From Euprymna scolopes (lineage: Eukaryota): 64,000 nucleotides of DNA. The stretch lies in assembly GCA_053919585.1 (NCBI GenBank), contig CM132828.1. One strand, given 5' to 3'. The notes under the pieces are model-generated. The model did no database searches and was not told where the DNA came from. It saw only the letters and a program-made list of their open reading frames with translations. Made by a program: the position numbers and the translations under genes. Shown piece by piece: positions 54,245-64,000 of the stretch. Numbering within the stretch: position 1 is the first letter of the stretch; every line of letters begins with the position of its first letter.

Positions 54245-57200
54245 AATTATAATACTTACCATATACACAATAATTTAACTTAACATAATAATAATTACCA
54301 TATACACAATGATTTAACTCAAAATAATAATAATTACCATATACACAACGATTTAATTCAAAATAATAATAATTACAATATACACAATAATTTAATTCGA
54401 AATAATAATTACCATATACACAATAATTAAATTCAAAATAATAATAATTACCATATACACAATAATTTAACTCGAAATAATTATAATTACAATATACACA
54501 ATAATTTAACTCGAAATAATAATAATTACAATATAAACAATTATTTAACTCGATATAATAATAATGATTACCATATACATAATAATTTAACTCGAAATAA
54601 TAATAATAATTACTATATAAACAATAATTAAACTCGAAATGATAATAATTACGATATACACAATAATTTAACTCGAAATAATAATAAATACAATTTACAA
54701 AATAATTTAATTTAAAATAATATTAATTATCATATACACAATCATTAAACTCGAAATAATAATAATTACCATATAAACAATAATTTAACTCGAAATAATA
54801 ATAATTACCATACACACAATAATTTAACTCGAAATAATAATAATTACCATATAAACAATAATTTAACTCGAAATGATAATAATTACCATATAAACAATAA
54901 TTAAACTCGACATAATAACAATTACCATATACACAATAATTTAACTCGAAATAATAATAATTACCATATACACAATAATTTAACTCGAAATAAGATTAAT
55001 TACCATTTACACAATAATTTAATTTAAAATAAAAATAATTACCATATAAACAATAATTTAACTCGAAATAATAATAATTACAATATACGCAATAATTTAC
55101 CTCGAAATAACAATAATTACCATATACACAATAATTTAACTCGAAATAAACATAATTACCATATAAACAAAAATTTAACTCAAAATAATAATAATTACAA
55201 CATACACAATAATATAACTCGAAATAATACTTGCCATATACACAATAATTTAACTCGAAATAATAATTACCATATGCACATTAATTTAACTCGAAACATT
55301 AATTACCATATACACAATAATTTAACTCGAAATAATAATAATTTCCACATACACAACAATTATCCTTGAAATAAAAATAATTACCGTATACACAATAATT
55401 TAACTCCAAATAATAATAATTACAATATAAACAATAATTTAACTCGAAATAATAATAATTAAAATATACATAATAATTTAACTGGCAATAATAATAATTA
55501 CCATATACACAATAATTTAATTCGAAATAATAATTACCATGTACACAATAATTTAACTCAAAATCATAATAATTACCATATACACAATAATTTAACTCGA
55601 AATAATAATTACCATATACAAAATAATTTAACTAATAATAATAATAATTTCCATATACACAATTATTTAATTCGAAATAATAATAATTACCATATACACA
55701 ATAATTCAACTCAAAATAATAATAATTACCATATACACAATTATTTAAGACAAAAACAATATAATTACCATATACACAATAATTTAATTTGAAATAATAA
55801 TAATTACCATATACTACGTAATTTCGTTACAATAATAATAATTACCATATACACAATAATTTAACTCGAAATAATAATAATTACCATATACACCATAATT
55901 AAACTCTAAGTAATAATAATTACCTGATACACAATACTTTAACTTGAAATGATAATAATTACAATATACAAAATCATTTACCTCGAAATAATAATAATTA
56001 CCATATGCACAATAACTTTATTCAGAATAATAATAATTACTATATACACAACAATTAAACTCAAAATAATAATAATAACCATATACCGAATAATTAAACT
56101 CGAAATAGTAATAATTACCATATAGACAATAATTACACTCCCAACAATTTTAATTACCATATACACAATAATTTAATTCAAGATAATAAAAATTACCATG
56201 TAAATAATAATTCAGAGTAATAATAATAACAATATACACAATAATTGCACTCAAGATAATAATAATTACAATATACACAATAATTTACCTCAAAATAATA
56301 ATAATCACCACATACACACTAATTATACTCAAAATAATAGTAATTTTCATATACACAATAATGTCACTCGAAATAATAATAATAACCGTATACACAACAA
56401 TTCAACTCGAAATAATGATGATTACCATCTACACAATAATTTAATTCGAAATAATCATAATTACCATATAAACAATAATTTGAGTCGAAATAATAATAAT
56501 TACCACATACACAATAATTTAACTCCATATAATAATAATAACCATGTAAAAAATAATTTAACTCGAAATAATATTAATTACCATATAAACAATTATTAAA
56601 TTCGAAACAATAATAATTACTATATACACAATAATTTAATTCGAAATAATTATAATTATCATATTCACAATAATTTAACTCGAAGTAATAATAATTAGAA
56701 TATACCCAATAATTTAACTTAAAATAATAATAATAATAATAATAATCATAATAATCATAATAATGGCCATATACACAAGAATTTAACTCAAAATAATAAT
56801 AATTACCATATACACAACAATTTTCTTCAAAATAATAATAATGACCATATACACAACAATTTAATTAAAAATACTAATAATTACAACGTACACAATAATT
56901 TAACTCGAATTAATAATAATTACCATCTACAAAAATAATTTTACTCGAAATAATAATAATTACCATATAAAAAATAATTTAACTCGAAATAATTATGATT
57001 ACAATATACACAATAATTTAACTAGTTAAAATAATAATTACCATATACGCAATAATTGAACTCAACATAATAATAATTACCAAATACACAATAATTTAAT
57101 TCAAAATAATAATACCTACCATATACACAATAATTTAATTCTAAATAATAATTACGATATATACAATAAGTCAACTCAAAAAAAAAATAATTACCATATA

Positions 57201-60200
57201 CACAGTAATTTAACTCAAAATAATAATAATTCCCATATACACAATAATTAAACTTGAAATAATAATAATTACCATATACACAATAATTAACTCGAAATAA
57301 TAATAATTACCACATACAAAATAATTTAATTCGAAATAATAATAATATTTCCCATATACACGATAATTTAACTGAAATTAATAATAATTACAATATACAC
57401 AATAATTTAACCCGATATAATAATAATTACGATATACACAATAATTTAACTCAAAATATTAATAATCACTATATACAAAATAATTATACTCAAAATAATA
57501 GTATTTTCCATATACACAACAATTTAACTCGAAATAATGATGATTACCATCTACACAATAAATTAACTTTAAATAATGATATGAACCATATACACAATAA
57601 TTTAACTCAAAATAATAATAATTACCATATAAACAATAATTTGAGTAGAAATAATGATAATTACCACATACACAATATTTTAACTCAACACAATAATAAT
57701 AACCATATACCCAATAATTTAATTCGAAATAGTAATAATTACCATATACACAATAATATAACTCAAAAGAATAATAATCACCACATACACAATTATACTC
57801 AAAACAATGGTAATTTCCATATACACAACAATTTAACTCGAAATAATGATGATTACCATATACACAATAATTTAACTCGAAATAATAATAATTACCATAT
57901 AAACAATAATTTGATTCGAAATAATAATAATTACCATACAAACAATAATTTGATTTGAAATAATAATAATTACCACATACACAATAATTTAACTCAAAAT
58001 AATAATAACCATGTAAACAATAATTAAACTCGAAATAATATTAATTACCATATACACAATTATTTAATTCAGAACAATAATAATTACTATATACACAATA
58101 ATTTAACTCGAAGTAATAATAATTAGAATATACCCAATAATTTAACTCGAAATAATAATAATAATAATAATAATGGCCATATACACAAGCATTTAACTCA
58201 AAATTATAATAATCCCCATATACACAACAATTTTACTCAAAATAATTATAATGACCATATACACCACAATTTAATTCAAAATACTAATAATTACAACATA
58301 CACAATAATTTTACTCTAAATAATAATAATTACCATATACAAAAATAATTTTACTCGAAATAATCATAATTACCATGTACAAAAATAATTAACTCGAAAT
58401 AATAATAATTACCATATACACAATAATTTATCTAGAAAAAATAATAATTACCATATATGCAATAATTGAACTCGAAATAATAATCACCAAATACACAATA
58501 ATTTAATTCAAAATAATAATACCTACCATATACACAATAATTGAATTCGAAATAATAATTACCATATACACAATAAGTTAACTCTAAATAATTATAATTA
58601 CCATATAAACAGTAATTTCACTCAAAATAATAAAAATTCCCATATACACAATAATTAAACTGTAAATAATAATAATTACCGTATACAAAATAATTTAATT
58701 CGAAATAATAATAATATTTCCCATATACATAATTTAACTGAAATTACTAATAATTACAATATACACAATAATTTAACTTGAAATAATAATAATTACTACA
58801 TACACAATGAATTAACTCAAAATAATTATGATTACCATATACACAATAATTTAACTCGAAGTAATAATAATTACCACATACACAATGATTTAACTCAAAA
58901 TAATAATAACGATGTAAACAATAATTTAACTCGAAATAATATTAATTACCATATACACAATTATTTAATTCGAAAAAATAATAATTACTAATTAAACTTG
59001 AAATAATAATAATTACCATATATACAATAATTTAACTCGAAATAATACTTATTACCATATACACAATAATTTAATTCGAAATAATAATAATGTTTACCAT
59101 ATACACGATGATTAAACTGAAATTAATGATAATTACAATATACACAATAAGTTAACTCGAAATAATAATAATTATGACATACGCAATAAATTAACTTAAA
59201 ATAATTAAAATTACCATATACACAATAATTTAACTCGAAATAATAATTACCACATACACAATAATTCAACTCGAAATAATAATTACGATGTACACAATAA
59301 TTTTACTCAAAATAATAATAATCACCATATAAACAACAAGTTTACTCGAAATAATAATAATTACTATATACACAATAATTTAACTTGAAATAATAATTAC
59401 CATATAAAAAATAATGTAACTTGAAATAATAATAATTACCTTATACAAAATAATTTATCTTAAAATAATAATTACCATATACACAATAATTTAACTCTAA
59501 ATAATAATTTCCATATACACAATAATTTAACTCCAAATAATAATAATCATATACACAATAATTAAACTCGAAATAATAATAATTACCATATAGACAATAA
59601 TTTTATTCAAAATAATAATAAACATATACACAATAATTTAACTCGAAATAATATTAATTACCATTTACACAATTATTTATCTTAAAATAATAATAATTAC
59701 CATATACACAATAATTTAACTCGAAATAATAATAATTACCATATACACTATTATTTAACTCGAAATTATAATAATATACATATACACAATAATTTAACTC
59801 AAAATAATAATAATTACCATATACACAATAATGAAACTTGACATAATAATAATTACCATATACAAAATAATTTTACGTGAAATTATAATAACTACCATAT
59901 ACACAATTATTTATCTTGAAATAATAATAATTACCATATACATAATAATTAAACTCGAAATAATAATAATTGCCTGATAAACAATAATTTAACTCAAAGT
60001 AATAATTACCATAGACACAATAATTTAAATCAAAATTGTAATTACGATATAAACAATAATTTAACTCAAAATAATAATAATTACCATATGCACAATAATT
60101 TAATTAAAAATAATAATTACCATATACACAATAATTTTATTCAACATCATAATTTACATATACACAATAATTATATTCGAAATAATAATTTACATATACA

Positions 60201-62969
60201 CAATAATTCATCTCGAAATAATAATAATAACCATATACACAATAACTTTACTTTGAATGATAATTATGACCATATCCACAATAATTAAACTCGAAATTAT
60301 AATAATTACCATATACACAATAATTTAACTGGAAATTATAATAATTACCACATACAAAATAATTTACCTCGAAATAATAAATACCAGATACAGAATAATT
60401 TTACCTTAAATAATAAAAATTACTATATACACAATAATTTTACTCGAAATGATAATAAATACCATATACACAATAATTACACTCAAAATAATAATAATTA
60501 CCGCATATACAATAATTTAACTCCAAATAAATATAATTACCATATACACAATTATGTAACTCAAAATAATAATAATTACCATATACACATTAATTTAACT
60601 CAAAATAATAATAATAACAATATACACAATAATGTAACTCGAAATAATAATTATTACCATATACACAATAATTTAAATCAAAATAATAATAATTACAACA
60701 TACACAATAATTTAACTCGAAATAATAATTACCATATACACAATAATTTAACTTGTAATGATAATAATCACTATACACACAATAATTAAACGTGAAATAA
60801 TAATAATTACCATATACACAATAATTTAACTCGAAATAATACTAATTACCATATACACAATAATTTAATTCGAAATAATAATAATGTTTACCATATACAC
60901 GATAATGTAACTGAAAATAATAATAATTACAATATACACAATAAGTTATCTCGAAATAATAATAATTACCACATACACAATAAATTAACTCAAAATAATT
61001 ATAGTTACCATAAACACAATAATTTAACTCGAAGTAATAATAATTACCACATCCACAAAAATTTAACTCGAAATAATAATTACGATGTACACAATAATTT
61101 AACTAAAAATAATAATAATCACCATATAAACAACAAGTTTACTCGAAATAATAATAATTACTATATACACAATAATTTAACTCGAAATAATAATTACCAT
61201 ATACACAATAATTGTACTTGAAATAATAATAATTAACTTATACACAATAATTTTACTCAAAATAATAATTACCATGTACACAATAATTTAACTGGAAATA
61301 ATAATAATTACCATATACACAATAATTTTATTCAAAATAATAATTAACATATACACAATAATTAAACTCGAATAAATAATAATACACATATACACAATAA
61401 TTTATCTTGAAATAATAATAATGACCATATACATAATAATTTAACTCGAAACAATAATAATTACCATATACACAATAATTAAACTCGGAATAATAATAAT
61501 TACCATATACACAATAATTAAACTTGACATAATAATAATTACCATATACAAAATAATTTTACGTGAAATAAAAATAATTACCATATACACAATAATTTAA
61601 CTTGAAATAATAATTATTACCTGATACACAATAATTTAACTCAAAGTAATAATTACGATAGACACAATAATTTAAATCAAAATTATAATTACCATATAAA
61701 CAATAATTTAACTCAAAATAATAATAATAATTACCATATGCACAATAATTTTATTCGAAATAATAATTAACATATACACAATAATTTTATTCAAAATAAT
61801 AATTTACATATACAGAATAATTTAACTCGAGTAATAATAATTACAATATACACAATAATTCATCTCGAAATAATAATAATAACCATATACACAATAATTT
61901 TACTTTTAATGATAATAATGACAATATCCACAATAATTAAACTCGAAATAATAATAATTACCATATACACAATAATTTAACTCGAAATAATAATTACCAC
62001 ATTCAAAATAATTTACCTCGAAATAATAATAATTACCATATACAGAATAATTTAACCTGAAATAATAATAATTACTATATACACAATAATTTAACTCTAA
62101 ATAATAATAAATACCATATACACAATAATTAAACTCGAAATAATAATAATTACCATATACACAATAATTTTACTCGAAATAATAATAATTACAATATACA
62201 CAATAATTTTACTCGAAATAATAATAAATACCATATACACAATAATTAAACTCGAAATAATAATAATTACCATATACACATTAATTTAACTCAAAATAAT
62301 TATAATTACAATATACACAATTATGTAACTAAAAATAATAATTATAGTATACACATTAATTTAACTCAAAATAATTATAATCATATGCACAATAATTTAA
62401 CTCGAAATAATAATTTCCATATACACAATAATGTAACTCGAATAATAATATTTACCGTATACACAATAATTTTAATCAAAATGATAATTACCATATACAT
62501 AATAATTCAACTTGAAATTATAATAATCACCATATACACAATAATTTAACTCTAAATAATAATAATTGCCATATACACATTATTTTACCTAAAAATATTA
62601 ATAATTACCACATACACAATAATTTAACTCGAAATAATAATAATTACCACATACACAATAATTTACCTCGAAATAATAGTAATTACCATATACACAATAA
62701 TTTAACTAAAAATAATAATAATTACCATATGCACAATAATTTAATTCAAAATAATATTTACCATATACACAATAATTTAACTCGTAATAATTATAATCAC
62801 TATATACACAATAATTAAACTCGAAATGATAATAATTACCATATACACAATAATTTAACCCGAAATAATAGTAATTACCATATACACAATAATTTAACTC
62901 GGAATAATAATAATAATAATTACCATATACACAATAATTTTACTCGAAATAATAATAATAATAATAATA
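54245..62969. repeat. 36/39-bp AT-rich satellite/minisatellite (~225 diverged monomers)
   Basis: Consensus TTACCATATACACAATAATTTAACTCGAAATAATAA(TAA). Length varies mainly by AAT units, and most monomers carry several substitutions. Ends in a run of ~7 AAT. Confidence 0.98.
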
Positions 62970-63240
62970 GATAGGGCAAGCTTTTAAATCGGTTTTGGTC
63001 TAAAATTTTAGCCACCAATATATAACTATGTATGTATGTTTGCATCTCTGCCTAAAACTTTCGACAGAACCGACAGATTTTTACAAGATCAGTATCGTGT
63101 TGAAGTTCGACTCTTCAGACGACAAATACGGAAAAATTAGCTAAAAACATTAATTTTTCATCCTCAACTGGGCACTTTTTTGCATTGAGGGTTCGCTTTT
63201 TCACCGATATTTTCAAAAGTGATCCCCTCTTTTCGATTGA
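62970..63240 (+). mobile_element. Possible non-autonomous Helitron/Helentron-like remnant
   Basis: Short (TATG)3 microsatellite followed by CTAAAACTTTCGACAGAACCGACAGATTTTTACAAG, a layout reminiscent of DINE-1/Lep1-type elements. Termini not identified. Confidence 0.25.
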
Positions 63241-63274
63241 CTAGCCTTAATTTAAACCTACGTCACTGTCGTTT

Positions 63275-63360
63275 GGGCGGTGGTCGTAACTGCAAAGACG
63301 TCACATTTTTTATCTCATTCTATTTCTCCTTCAAGGTACGGGTTCGAGCCTTCCTTCCTA
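63275..63360 (+). mobile_element. Possible decayed tRNA-derived SINE head
   Basis: B-box match GGTTCGAGCC at 63341-63350 and A-box-like TGGTCGTAACTGC at 63281. No cloverleaf. Confidence 0.25.
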
Positions 63361-63905
63361 CTACCATTATTTTTGTGACAGAAAATAACGTAGATTAAAG
63401 TGTAAAATTGCGAACAGCAAATGTAAACAAAATAGCTAAAAATCCTTAAAATTGTTATTGCAATTTGAATTTCAACATATTTCAGCACTTCCTTATATAT
63501 AAGTTGCATACCCTCAATTAAAATGCTGCAAAAATAACAAAGAGAATAATTCTATACACTCTATACAATGATAATGTCGTTGAAGCCATCTTGCAATATC
63601 AAAAACACTTGTCTCTTCCCAGAACAACTTTTGCTAAATTAATGCATTCATGCTTCTCAAGCAAGATAGAAGTGTGAACGAAGCAAATAATCACCTAACA
63701 AAACCGCAAAATAATACTGATTTATCATTCCGTGAAGGGGAAATACAACTCCTAAAGTACCAAAGAATTTAGTTTATTTTCTGTATCAGATAAGCGTAGA
63801 TGCGTCAGACAAAAATCATAATCATATCTTTCTTCATCTCACTTAATTTGTAGGTTTATTCGATTTGGTAATTGCTACACACACTTTACACATTAAGAAT
63901 ATAAG

Positions 63906-64000
63906 AGTCTTTTCTCTAAACAGCTCATACTTCACTGATATTATAACGTCATTATAATAGTCTTTTCTCTAAACAGCTAATACTTCACTGATATTATAAC
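63906..64000. repeat. 53-bp tandem repeat, running off the right edge
   Basis: AGTCTTTTCTCTAAACAGCT(C/A)ATACTTCACTGATATTATAAC at 63906 and 63959. Confidence 0.9.

Noticed and set aside
55978-62279. Asn/His-rich or Tyr/Cys-rich repeat ORFs
   Set aside because: By-products of 36/39-bp units and AAT triplets; frequent stops and frameshifts.
63275-63360. tRNA gene
   Set aside because: A B-box is present, but there is no cloverleaf and an internal T-run interrupts it.
63660-63790. Minus-strand peptide VVFPLHG...YYFAVLLGDY reminiscent of anoctamin motifs
   Set aside because: Motif spacing is far too short and there is no further support; would need a translated search.

Overview
AT-rich eukaryotic, heterochromatin-like DNA (organism not identifiable from sequence alone) with no intact protein-coding gene, RNA gene or CRISPR array that I can support. 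About 72% of the window is one very homogeneous 50/51-bp satellite in two arrays (1-21022 and ~26414-51632). The order of diagnostic variants shows the two arrays are collinear paralogues, each further expanded by its own kb-scale internal duplications. They are separated by a 5.4-kb spacer of old debris: a decayed R4/Dong-like RT fragment, a possible decayed 6-TM ion-channel segment, a foldback/MITE beside (TA)n tracts and a possible decayed LINE. Downstream are a truncated, inactivated Ty3/Gypsy gag-protease remnant (minus strand), an older ~8.7-kb 36/39-bp satellite with a CpG-decay signature, and the start of a third, 53-bp tandem repeat at the window end. Almost all listed ORFs are repeat artefacts. 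Most interesting: the 50-bp monomer packs ETS, Forkhead and Cdx/Abd-B-type motifs plus two dyads and is repeated ~900 times, and the locus has a nested macro-duplication/higher-order-repeat architecture.
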